64,000 bases of DNA from Thermoguttaceae bacterium (GCA_031549705.1 JAVBPI010000043.1:30770-94769), one strand, 5' to 3'. Shown: positions 17,461 through 25,940, counted from the first letter of the stretch. The notes: generated by a model from the letters alone, not told the origin. Numbers and translations: made by a program.

Positions 17461-17492
17461 CACGAATCACGAACCACGAATCACGAATCACG
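17461..17492 (-). repeat. Heptamer array (CACGAAT/CACGAAC units), inverted partner of 16962-17059
   Basis: The sequence is cacgaatcacgaaccacgaatcacgaatcacg. It overlaps the ffh stop codon, so ffh also ends ..RDS-stop. Confidence 0.9.
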
Positions 17493-18968
17493 TTTTTTCT
17501 TCTCTTTCTTCTTTTTTTCTTTTTCTCGTTTTTTGCGGGCTTCTTCTTTTTCTTTCGTGGTAAGCCGTTTGCCGGTTCCTTTTTTGACTTGCTGGATTCC
17601 GGCGGTCGGGTTGTTCGACATCATTTGGGTGAGCTGCTGCATCGCGCCCATTCGGTCCCGCATGTTCATCGACGACATCGACTTCATCATTTCGGCCATC
17701 GGGAGAAACGCCTTGATGAGGTCGCTCACCTGATTCGGTTGCACCCCGGCTCCGGCGGCTATTCGGCGTCGACGGCTCTGGTCGATCACCTTCGGATTCC
17801 GTTTTTCCTCGGCCGTCATCGAGTCGATGATTCCGCCGACCCGTCGCATTTCGTCGTCGGCGTCGACATTCATGGAGCCCATCATTTTCGTGATTTGGCC
17901 CATTCCGGGAATGAGTCCCAGCACTTTGCTGAACGAACCGAGCCGTTTCGCCTGGCCCATTTGGTTCCGGAAGTCGTCAAGCGTGAACTCCCCTTTGGCA
18001 AGGCGTTCCTGCTGCTTTTCGAGCGCTTCCTTGTCGAGCTTTTCGGTTGCCTGCTCGATGAGCGAGAGCATGTCCCCCATACCGAGAATTCGGCCCGCCA
18101 TCCGGTCGGGGTGGAACTCCTCAAGGGCTTCGACCAGTTCACCGGTTCCGATATACTTGATCGGAACCCCGGTAATATGTTTGACGGAAAGAGCTGCTCC
18201 ACCACGAGCATCACCGTCGAGCTTCGTGAGAATCACGCCGTCGAGTTCCAACGCCTCGTTGAACGCTTTGGCGGAGTTCACGGCGTCCTGACCGGTCATC
18301 GAGTCGACGACGAAATAGACCTGATCCGGCTTGATCTGCTGCTCGATCCGCTGGAGCTGCTTCATCAGCTCCTCGTCGATATGGAGACGACCGGCGGTAT
18401 CAAGAATCAGGACGTCGACGCCGAGCGATTGGGCTTTCTTGACGGCGTTCAGGCAAACGAGAACGGGATCTTTGTTTTCGCGGTCGGTGTGGACCGGAAC
18501 GCCGATCGATTTACCGAGAATTTCGAGCTGGTCGATCGCTGCCGGACGCTGAAGGTCGGCAGCAACGAGCATCGGTTTGAGATTGCGCTTGACGAGCAGC
18601 TTGCCCAATTTACCGCATGTCGTCGTTTTTCCGGAGCCCTGCAAGCCGCAGAGCATAATCACGCTGAGCGAACCTTTCGGCTTGAGATGCAGGTCGTGAT
18701 CGACGGGCCCCATAAGGGCGATCAACTCTTCGTGGACGATCTTGACGAGCTGTTCGGTCGGGTCGAGGAGTTTCAGGACATGTTCGCCGAGAGCCTGCTC
18801 GGTGATTCTCGCCATGAAATCCTTGACGACGGGGAAGCTGACGTCCGCTTCAAGGAGCGATTGGCGAACGAGTTCGAGCCCTTCGCGCATATTCGATTCC
18901 GTGAGCTTTCCCTTCCCTCGAAGGGTCCGAATCGCGGACATCAAATTGTCTTGGAGGTTTTCGAACAT
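17481..18968 (-). CDS. ffh: Signal recognition particle protein Ffh with Lys-rich tail
   Basis: It has the N domain, GTPase motifs GLQGSGKTTTCGKL, DTAGRL and TKLDGDARGG, and a Met-rich M domain. Confidence 0.95.
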   Translation of the reverse strand: MFENLQDNLMSAIRTLRGKGKLTESNMREGLELVRQSLLEADVSFPVVKDFMARITEQALGEHVLKLLDPTEQLVKIVHEELIALMGPVDHDLHLKPKGSLSVIMLCGLQGSGKTTTCGKLGKLLVKRNLKPMLVAADLQRPAAIDQLEILGKSIGVPVHTDRENKDPVLVCLNAVKKAQSLGVDVLILDTAGRLHIDEELMKQLQRIEQQIKPDQVYFVVDSMTGQDAVNSAKAFNEALELDGVILTKLDGDARGGAALSVKHITGVPIKYIGTGELVEALEEFHPDRMAGRILGMGDMLSLIEQATEKLDKEALEKQQERLAKGEFTLDDFRNQMGQAKRLGSFSKVLGLIPGMGQITKMMGSMNVDADDEMRRVGGIIDSMTAEEKRNPKVIDQSRRRRIAAGAGVQPNQVSDLIKAFLPMAEMMKSMSSMNMRDRMGAMQQLTQMMSNNPTAGIQQVKKGTGKRLTTKEKEEARKKREKEKKKKEKKKRDS

Positions 18969-19193
18969 GATTCACTCAGGCGTTCGCCTGTTTCGGTACG
19001 GATCGAACCGTAGATCAGGAAAAATCGTAAAAACCGTCAGAAAAAGAGGTCGAGGTCTACTCGAACTCGTTTCCGGCGATATAATTCAATCTGGTTGGGA
19101 AACGGCACTGTTCGGGAGTTTCCCGGAAAATCTCTATATTATCAGGAAAGTTGGCGTTTTGACAATGAGGGACTCACCGCTTTTTTATTGATT

Positions 19194-19234
19194 CCTCTCC
19201 GCTCTCCCTTGGGAGAGAGCTAGGGTGAGGGACG
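19194..19234. repeat. Short palindromic element, repeat family 4 (CTCTCCC..GGGAGAG core)
   Basis: The sequence is cctctccgctctcccttgggagagagctagggtgagggacg. Related copies are at 19323-19355 and 42761-42796. Confidence 0.6.
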
Positions 19235-19322
19235 TTTGACGTTAAAAGCGTGTAAAATTTGCATGAATAAATGGTTGACGAACAGGATTTTTCAGCGATT
19301 TCCCATCATTTGCGACACAGAG

Positions 19323-19355
19323 CCCCTAACCCTCTCCCGGGGGGAGAGGGGACGG
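19323..19355. repeat. Short palindromic element, repeat family 4
   Basis: The sequence is cccctaaccctctcccggggggagaggggacgg, a perfect CCTCTCCC/GGGAGAGG hairpin. Confidence 0.6.
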
Positions 19356-19393
19356 TAGGTCGGACCTAACTCACTTCAGACACATACGGAAAT

Positions 19394-20623
19394 ATGTCTT
19401 CTTTCACGAAAAACCTTATCGCCGCACTGATGTTTCTGGCGGCTTTTCCTTCGTTGTTGGTCGCCCAGTATCCGATTGCACAGCCGTACTATTATGGTCC
19501 CCCGGGACGAGGGCCGATCGTTCAACCGTCGTATCGTCCGGCGCCGATGTATCGAACGAACTATCCGCCGATTTACAACTCGCCGATGCAGCAGCAGGCG
19601 TTTGCGGAACGGATCAACCGTGCCGAATCGGATTGGACGCGGCACATGATCAAGCCGGAAGACCGTTTTCACGATTTCAAGACGGTCGCCAAAGGGGCGA
19701 AATGTGAGTATCGCTTCGAAATTTACAATCCGTTTGTAGAAAAGATTCACATTGCCGACGTCAGGGCGAGTTGTACCTGCACGACACCGATTGTCGAAAA
19801 AGAAGAGCTGGAAACCTACGAAACGACGGCGATTGTCGCCCATTTTCACACGGAACGGCTGAACGGCTTCAAAAACGCGACCCTCACCGTCGTCATTGAT
19901 AAGCCGTATCCCGCCGAATTCCAATTGCAAGTCCAAGGAAACGTCCGCACCGACATTTCGGTCTCCCCGACGGAAGTTCGCCTGGATAACGTCAAAGAAG
20001 GAACCGAAGCGTCCCGAACGATCAGTATCGTCTACACCGGCAACAACACGGCTTGGAAAATTCTCGATTTCAAGAGCGCGAACAAACACCTTTCCGGTGA
20101 AATCGTCGAAACGCAAGCAACTCCCGGACGGGTCGTGTTCAAGGTCAAGGTCACGCTTGACGCTTCCGCTCCAAAAGGGGAAATCAACGATCGAATTTTC
20201 GCGATTTCCAACGATTTGGTTAATCGGCGTGAAATTCCGATCATGGTACGCGGCGTCGTCGGAAAGACCTTGACCGTGACGCCGCCGACTCTTTTCCTCG
20301 GTACGCTGGAGCCGGGCGAAAAGTCGTCCGACAAGGATGTTATGGTTTTAGGCTCCGAACCGTTCAAAATCACCAAGATTGAAAGCGACGATCCGAACGT
20401 CAACGTCGACTTCGACGCCGCATCGAACACGGAGGCGAAACGATTTTTTCGGGTCAAGGTGCGATTTTTGAACCCGGCAGGGGGGTCTAAAAAACTCGAC
20501 GAGGACGGCAAACTCCTTTCCGTCGTCAAAATCGAAACCGATGACCCGAACGTCAAAACGGCGTTCAATGTTACCGCAGGAGTCGTCAAAAAACGTGCTG
20601 ACGCGGCGGATAACCAACCATGA
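19394..20623 (+). CDS. DUF1573 domain-containing protein (three Ig-like modules)
   Basis: It has a signal peptide. The first module has the family signature HDFKTVAKGAKCEYRFEIYNPFVEKIHIADVRASCTCTTP. Confidence 0.8.
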   Translation: MSSFTKNLIAALMFLAAFPSLLVAQYPIAQPYYYGPPGRGPIVQPSYRPAPMYRTNYPPIYNSPMQQQAFAERINRAESDWTRHMIKPEDRFHDFKTVAKGAKCEYRFEIYNPFVEKIHIADVRASCTCTTPIVEKEELETYETTAIVAHFHTERLNGFKNATLTVVIDKPYPAEFQLQVQGNVRTDISVSPTEVRLDNVKEGTEASRTISIVYTGNNTAWKILDFKSANKHLSGEIVETQATPGRVVFKVKVTLDASAPKGEINDRIFAISNDLVNRREIPIMVRGVVGKTLTVTPPTLFLGTLEPGEKSSDKDVMVLGSEPFKITKIESDDPNVNVDFDAASNTEAKRFFRVKVRFLNPAGGSKKLDEDGKLLSVVKIETDDPNVKTAFNVTAGVVKKRADAADNQP

Positions 20624-21033
20624 AAAACCGCCCCCCGAAATCATCGAAACCGCCGGCGTACCATCATTTGCACGGCAAACGATCCTGGCGTCAAAAATGG
20701 GCGGACGCTTTTCGTGGGTTGCGGCAGTCGGTTCACCAACAATCGAGCTATCACGTCCATTTCACGGCAACGGTCGCTGTACTTGGCACGGCGTGGTATC
20801 TCGGTAACTTCGACACGGTTCGTTGGTGTTTGCTTGTTCTCTGCATTACCATGGTGATCGGCTGCGAAATGATCAACACGGCGATCGAGACGTTAGCCAA
20901 AGCGATCACGATGTCGTACAATCCGCTGATCGGCCGCGCGTTGGACATTGCCAGCGGCACGGTGTTGATCGTTTCGTTCGGCGCCGCCGTCGTGGGAACG
21001 ATCCTTTTTTGGGAAGCGATTTACGTCCGCTAA
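20620..21033 (+). CDS. dgkA: Diacylglycerol kinase family protein
   Basis: It is small with three TM helices and has the motifs EMINTAIE and ALDIASGTVL. The ATGA start overlaps the upstream stop. Confidence 0.8.
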   Translation: MKNRPPKSSKPPAYHHLHGKRSWRQKWADAFRGLRQSVHQQSSYHVHFTATVAVLGTAWYLGNFDTVRWCLLVLCITMVIGCEMINTAIETLAKAITMSYNPLIGRALDIASGTVLIVSFGAAVVGTILFWEAIYVR

Positions 21034-21070
21034 CCTTTCAGAGCCCGAAGCGTAAACGAGGGGTTGGGTC

Positions 21071-22000
21071 TTACAACGGCGTCGGCTCGAAACCGTTCAG
21101 CTTCAGGATTTCGCGGCCTTTGGGGGAGATGAGAAAATCGGCGAACCGCTTGCCGTAGAGTTGGTTCGTCGCCGTACTGAGTGAAATCAGCGGCATCTGG
21201 AGGGTCGTTTTTTCATTGTCGGGAAGCGTAACCGGATCGGCGAAGCTTTTCGCTTGAATGCCGAGCGATTTCCAGACGAGCACGGCGTCGACCTTTTTCT
21301 CCTGCAATCCCGCCAACAGTTTGTCGTGGCGTTCGAACACGATGATTCGCTCCTCTCCCTGGTTCCCGGTGAGCGATCGCGAATATCGTTCCGCCAACCG
21401 GAACGCCGCTTCTCCCATGCCGTCGTGGGCCGGGTTGGCGATTCCCAATTTCAGGCCCGACTTGAGCAGTTCCGCGACGGATTTGATACCGTGGGGGTTT
21501 CCTCGCTCGGTCAGCAATTCCAACGACAAAAGGGCGAAGGAGTACTCGAACGAGGCGGTCGTACCGCTTTTGAGCAGTTCCAGTTGCCGTTCGGAATCCG
21601 TGAGGAACAGATCGCCGCTCCTTTTGTTTTCCGCAATCGCCAAAACGAGATCGGAAACTTCCTGATTCATTTTAGTCTCACCCGACTTCGGAAGACGATG
21701 CTCCGAAGGACGTCCCCGCCAAGACGAAAGAGCGCGACGTTTCGGCTCAGGATCAGATTCGGCGGTTTCCGTTGACGCCGCTTGTTCCGCAACGGGGCGC
21801 TCGTCGAGCACCAAAAAAATCGGGCGGAGCCGGAGTCGGATTCCGTAAACGGACTCAAAGAGGCTCGCTTCCTCGGACATCACCGTGAGAAAGGTTTCGG
21901 AGCAATAAAAGTCGAGCTGAATCGGTTCCTTTTTCCCGCCACAGCCCGCCCCAAACAGGACGAGCACCAAGAAAAGGAATGGAATCGCTGAATTCCTCAT
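21071..22000 (-). CDS. ModA-like periplasmic substrate-binding lipoprotein with an internal ~55-aa insertion
   Basis: It has a lipobox-like LFGAGC. ModA-like blocks present are LKLGIANPAHDGMGEAAFRLAE, KVDAVLVWKS and FADFLISPKGREILKLNGF. The ligand is not inferable. Confidence 0.6.
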   Translation of the reverse strand: MRNSAIPFLFLVLVLFGAGCGGKKEPIQLDFYCSETFLTVMSEEASLFESVYGIRLRLRPIFLVLDERPVAEQAASTETAESDPEPKRRALSSWRGRPSEHRLPKSGETKMNQEVSDLVLAIAENKRSGDLFLTDSERQLELLKSGTTASFEYSFALLSLELLTERGNPHGIKSVAELLKSGLKLGIANPAHDGMGEAAFRLAERYSRSLTGNQGEERIIVFERHDKLLAGLQEKKVDAVLVWKSLGIQAKSFADPVTLPDNEKTTLQMPLISLSTATNQLYGKRFADFLISPKGREILKLNGFEPTPL

Positions 22001-22018
22001 GCCGCATCCCCCAAACGA

Positions 22019-22705
22019 TTACTCACAAGCAAGAAGATGTTTGTGGATCGTCGGCAATGCATCGGTGAGGAAAGCGCTGGCGACATCGGCGGTTCCGGAA
22101 GCGGCACCGAGCGCTTCGGTTTGCATTTTGTACACGAAACGATAGCGGCTGAATTCCGAACGAGGGTTCTCCACGGCAACCCACGTCTGCCCGGTGCTGA
22201 CACCGTAATAGAACGAAATCTTATCCGCCTGAATATCCTTGTTGATGAAATTCACCTGCCAAAACGTGTCGTCCGTCGGTGCATTCGCGGCGGGAGCGAC
22301 GATCGGAAATGAAACGGGCGTCCGACCTTCTTCTTTGGTGTAATTCTTACCGCCGAAACAGAATTCGGGAGTATGAACGACAATCCGTCCCGTTGGGCCG
22401 ACCATCAGCGTCAGGAAGACTTCGGAATGGGATTTGCTGTTGCGATAACGTCGGCAAATGTATCCGTTTTCGATTTCCAGCTGATCGACGTCGGTCTTGG
22501 GAAGAAGCTCTTCTTTTTCGGCAACCCAATCACCGATCGTCATGGGAAGCTCCTTGAGAAGCTTGCCCGCTTCTTGTTGTTTGTGAGAATTCCCAAAGCG
22601 GCCGGTCAGGTTTCCGCAGTAGACGGTAACGGCCAAGGTAAGAACGGCGACAATGAAAATTCCGACGAACAGGGAACTCGACGGAGCGGATTTTGTTGAA
22701 GGCAT
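22019..22705 (-). CDS. EpsI-like (exosortase-associated, DUF3485-type) protein
   Basis: It has an N-terminal TM helix, then LPMTIGDWVAEKEELLP...YICRRY...VFLTLMV...HTPEFCFGG. This matches the EpsI pattern (IG.W.g..l...Y..R.Y...HSPE.C) as I recall it. Confidence 0.6.
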   Translation of the reverse strand: MPSTKSAPSSSLFVGIFIVAVLTLAVTVYCGNLTGRFGNSHKQQEAGKLLKELPMTIGDWVAEKEELLPKTDVDQLEIENGYICRRYRNSKSHSEVFLTLMVGPTGRIVVHTPEFCFGGKNYTKEEGRTPVSFPIVAPAANAPTDDTFWQVNFINKDIQADKISFYYGVSTGQTWVAVENPRSEFSRYRFVYKMQTEALGAASGTADVASAFLTDALPTIHKHLLACE

Positions 22706-22762
22706 TGCGATAAAAATTCGGGGGTGATTTTCAGATCAATTCGTCGACGATGGAGCGACCGA

Positions 22763-24496
22763 TCAGTTGGCGTATTTCATGCGAAGATAATCGAACATGT
22801 CTTTGTTGTCCGGTGAGAAATGATTGGCTCCGCTTTCCAAGTCCGGAAGCACTTTGTTGAACCAATCCTTCGCGGAGCTTGTTCGACCGACCGTATCCAG
22901 TGCCTTGGCGAGGTGCATGACGTAAATCGGACGCTGGCATGAAAGTTCGACGCATCGTTCCAACACGGGAATCGCTTCGTCCGGTCGACTGTCGTTCATG
23001 AGAACGAGTCCTTTCGAGTCGAGCAGGATCACGTTGTCCGCCTGATCCTTTTTCATGGCGGCGTTGATGATATTCAACGCGCCTTCGTTGTCTTTCATCG
23101 TCGTTGAATAGATCATCGCAAGATTGTTCTGAAACAAGACATCGTCCGGTTTCGCTTTCAATCCGCGTTCATACAACGGAATCGCCCGCTCCGGTTTTCC
23201 ACGAACGATCCAGAAGTCGGCCAACGGAACCAGTACGTCGGGGTTGTCGATCTGTTTCGGTTCGGCGCCGACGTCTTCAAGTCGGTTATCGAACGTCACT
23301 TCGAGCTTTCCGGTCATCGGGCCCGTCAATTTGACGCCGCCGATGTCGGTAAGGTTTGCCCATTCGACATAGTATCCGCCCTTGATCGGCGTGATTTTGG
23401 GGGGCGCTGCCGGAGCTTGGGGATCGGTTGCCGGATCATATTTTTCCGCAGCGGACAACGAAGGGGTCGTTCCAACATGTTCGGCACCGGTTGCGGAAAG
23501 TCGTTCGCCGCTTCCACGGAGTTGCGTGGACGCTTCGGACAAAATCTTTTGAACTTCGGCGGCACGACTATCACCGGTTCCGACCGATTGAAGTCGTTCG
23601 GCGGCTTGCGTCAGAATTCCCTGGATTTCACCGGCGCGGGTTTGACCCGTCGGCGTCGCTTTCAGATTTCGGACGGCTTCGATCAGCGCCCCTTGAATTT
23701 CGGTATCCCACGCCTCGCCGGTTGCCGTCAGGTTCAACCGTTTTCCGGCTTGGGAGATTGCTCCTTGAACTTCATCGTTCCAACCGGCATGGGCGCCGGC
23801 GTTGGCGGAAAGACGCTCACCGCTTCCACGGAGTTGCGAGGTCGCTTCCCCCAGAATTTTCTGGACTTCGGCAGCACGGGCATCACCGGAACCAACCGAT
23901 TGGAGCCGTTCGGCGACTTTCGCCAAGGCTCCTTGAATCTCGTCGCCGCGTGTCTGGCCGGTCGAGGTCGCTTTCAACCGCTTGGAAGCCTCGGAGAGCG
24001 CTCCCCGGATTTCGTTGTCCCATGCTTCACCGGACGCTGTCGATGTCAGCCGCTTGCCGGTTTCGGAAAGAATTCCCTGAACTTCATCGTTCCAACCGGC
24101 GTGGGCGCCGGCGTTGGCGGAAAGACGCTCACCGCTTCCACGGAGTTGTGTGGAAACCTCCGAAAAAATCTTCTGAACTTCAGCGGCCCGCGCTTCGCCG
24201 GACTTGACCGATTGCAACCGTTCGGCGGCTTTCGTCAACACCCCTTGAATGTCTTCGCCGCGTGTTTTGCCGGTCGACGTTGCTTTCAAATTTCGGACCG
24301 CTTCGACGAGCGCTCCTTGAATCTCGGTATCCCACGCTTCGCCGGACGCCGTCGATTGGAGCCGTTTTTCAGCTTCGGAAAGGACACGCTGAACGTCGTC
24401 GTTCCAATTCGACGCGTCTTGAGCCGACAAAAGGCGGCCGACAACCAAAACAACCACGCCAAGGACGAAAGGAAGGGAGAATCGAATCGTTTTCAT
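22763..24496 (-). CDS. Secreted repeat protein with C-terminal TPR domain
   Basis: It has a signal peptide, three tandem 104-aa units each built from four ~26-aa helical sub-repeats (..EIQGAL.EA.KRL..T..G..), and TPR-like helices (AIPLYERGLKAKPDDVLFQNNLAMIY..). Confidence 0.8.
   Translation of the reverse strand: MKTIRFSLPFVLGVVVLVVGRLLSAQDASNWNDDVQRVLSEAEKRLQSTASGEAWDTEIQGALVEAVRNLKATSTGKTRGEDIQGVLTKAAERLQSVKSGEARAAEVQKIFSEVSTQLRGSGERLSANAGAHAGWNDEVQGILSETGKRLTSTASGEAWDNEIRGALSEASKRLKATSTGQTRGDEIQGALAKVAERLQSVGSGDARAAEVQKILGEATSQLRGSGERLSANAGAHAGWNDEVQGAISQAGKRLNLTATGEAWDTEIQGALIEAVRNLKATPTGQTRAGEIQGILTQAAERLQSVGTGDSRAAEVQKILSEASTQLRGSGERLSATGAEHVGTTPSLSAAEKYDPATDPQAPAAPPKITPIKGGYYVEWANLTDIGGVKLTGPMTGKLEVTFDNRLEDVGAEPKQIDNPDVLVPLADFWIVRGKPERAIPLYERGLKAKPDDVLFQNNLAMIYSTTMKDNEGALNIINAAMKKDQADNVILLDSKGLVLMNDSRPDEAIPVLERCVELSCQRPIYVMHLAKALDTVGRTSSAKDWFNKVLPDLESGANHFSPDNKDMFDYLRMKYAN
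23476..24418 (-). repeat. Three tandem 312-bp coding repeats
   Basis: Near-identical stretches recur, for example ggcgccggcgttggcggaaagacgctcaccgcttccacggagttg near 23789 and 24101. The protein period is 104 aa. Confidence 0.8.
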
Positions 24497-24694
24497 AATT
24501 TTGTGCCGATGAAAAATGAACAGAGCAGCGCCCGTGCGCAGCGAAGCGGAGCTAAGGAAACTGCAGCCCGCGTAGGTTAGGCGGAATCACCAGTCAAGTT
24601 TTTCGCGAATCCCAAAACACTCCGGTGGGGGAGAATGTACGCAGTATACAAGTTCATTCTACTTCGAACCCGTTCGTTTATCAAGGAGGAAAAT

Positions 24695-25633
24695 TTAATT
24701 TCCCATTTCTCGGCGTCGCTGCAATTCGGCGATGATTCTGTCGGCCCCGGCTTGGAGAAGAAGCGTTCCGACCCGCCGACCGAGCGATTCCGGCGATTCC
24801 CCCGAAGCCGCCGCCTCCGTCCGTTCGAACATTGCGGCGCCGTCGAGGGAAAGAATCCGTCCGTGCAGCGTCAGTCGGCCCGCCTCGACGGTTCCCAGAG
24901 CGGCGATCGGAGCGATGCACCCCCCTTGGAGCGTTCGGAGCATTTCCCGTTCCGCAAGAACCGCTGCAAAGGTCGACTCGTCCCGGAGCCGGACAACCGC
25001 TTCCGTCGCCGTCGAATCGTCGGTTCGAACTTCGATTCCCAACGCTCCCTGTCCGACCGCCGGAAGGAACCACGGTGGTTCAAGGAAGGACGCAATCCGA
25101 TCCGCGAACCCCAGTCGGCTCAACCCGGCTTCTGCAAGAACGAGGGCGTCGACCTCGCCATCGGTCAATTTCCGCAGCCGGGTCTCCACGTTGCCGCGAA
25201 TATCCTCGACACGGAACCGATCGCCGAAGCGGTGCACGATTTGCGTTTGCCGCCGCAAACTTCCCGTTCCGATCACCGAGCCGGGAGGAAGTTCGTCGAG
25301 TGTTTTCGCGTTGCGGCTAAGAAAAGCGTCCCGATACGCGGCCCGTTTCGGAACCGCTGCAAGGGTCAACCCGTCGACCCGTTCGGTCGGCAAGTCCTTC
25401 AAACTGTGGACGGCGACATCGACGGTTCCGTCAAGCAGCGCCCGTTGAATCTCTTTCGTGAAAACGCCGGTCGCTCCGATGCGGGCGATCGGTCCTTCCT
25501 GCACAAGATCGCCGCGTGTCTTGATTTCGATGATTGCGACGTCGATTCCGTGCTGCCGCAATGCACCGGCGACCCAATCGGCCTGCCAGCGAGCCAACGC
25601 GCTGCCGCGTGTTCCCAAACGTATTGTTGTCAT
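24695..25633 (-). CDS. hemC: Hydroxymethylbilane synthase (porphobilinogen deaminase)
   Basis: Motifs present are MTTIRLGTRGSALARWQA, IIEIKTRGD and GGCIAPIAAL. The ATG is at 25633. Confidence 0.9.
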   Translation of the reverse strand: MTTIRLGTRGSALARWQADWVAGALRQHGIDVAIIEIKTRGDLVQEGPIARIGATGVFTKEIQRALLDGTVDVAVHSLKDLPTERVDGLTLAAVPKRAAYRDAFLSRNAKTLDELPPGSVIGTGSLRRQTQIVHRFGDRFRVEDIRGNVETRLRKLTDGEVDALVLAEAGLSRLGFADRIASFLEPPWFLPAVGQGALGIEVRTDDSTATEAVVRLRDESTFAAVLAEREMLRTLQGGCIAPIAALGTVEAGRLTLHGRILSLDGAAMFERTEAAASGESPESLGRRVGTLLLQAGADRIIAELQRRREMGN

Positions 25634-25680
25634 GGATTGATCGAGGTAGGCGACGCATTTAAGAAATACTGGCCGCACTA

Positions 25681-25869
25681 GTACAAAGTTAAGGTAATAA
25701 TGTTCGTGAAAAGGGACAAGGTATCGTCATCCCCGCGCAGGCGGGGACCCAGAGATCCGTTTTTCATGGGCTCTTGCACCCGTTGTTCACGGCTGCAAAC
25801 GGATGTTGGCCTTTTTGTCTAGGTCCCCGCCTGCGCGGGGATAACGAACATTATTTCCTTAACTTTGTA
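25681..25869. repeat. Family-1 REPIN nested inside a second 26-nt inverted repeat
   Basis: The family-1 arms are at 25726-25753 and 25818-25845. The outer arms are GTACAAAGTTAAGGTAATAATGTTCG (25681-25706) and its imperfect complement (25844-25869). Confidence 0.8.
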
Positions 25870-25870
25870 C

Positions 25871-25937
25871 GAGATGCTATTCACAGGGTTTGAGTCCGGA
25901 GTACCGGACGTTGCCGCCCGGCGGTCGGCAACCTACC
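25871..25937. repeat. Half copy of repeat family 2
   Basis: The sequence gagtccggagtaccggacgttgccgcccggcggtcggcaacctacc is the reverse complement of the left half of the 55767-55877 element. Confidence 0.7.
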
Positions 25938-25940
25938 ATC

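Noticed and set aside
17376-19013. Very long ORFs lie antisense to clear genes. Examples are 17376-19013 (vs ffh), 37490-39541 (vs the sigma54 activator), 57982-59622 and 28771-29952 (vs repeat/autotransporter genes), 40537-41463, 23417-24580 and 52766-53605.
   Set aside because: These are typical shadow ORFs of G+C-rich DNA. They have Arg/Gly/Val/Phe-rich composition and no motifs, and each fully overlaps a gene with strong family signatures on the other strand.
11287-25845. Family-1 repeat arms (ATCCCCGCGCAGGCGGGGAC) look like type I-E CRISPR repeats, so I considered a CRISPR array.
   Set aside because: The copies occur only as inverted pairs at three dispersed loci, not as regularly spaced direct repeats. 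No cas genes or leader are in the window. The behaviour fits REP/REPIN or MITE elements.
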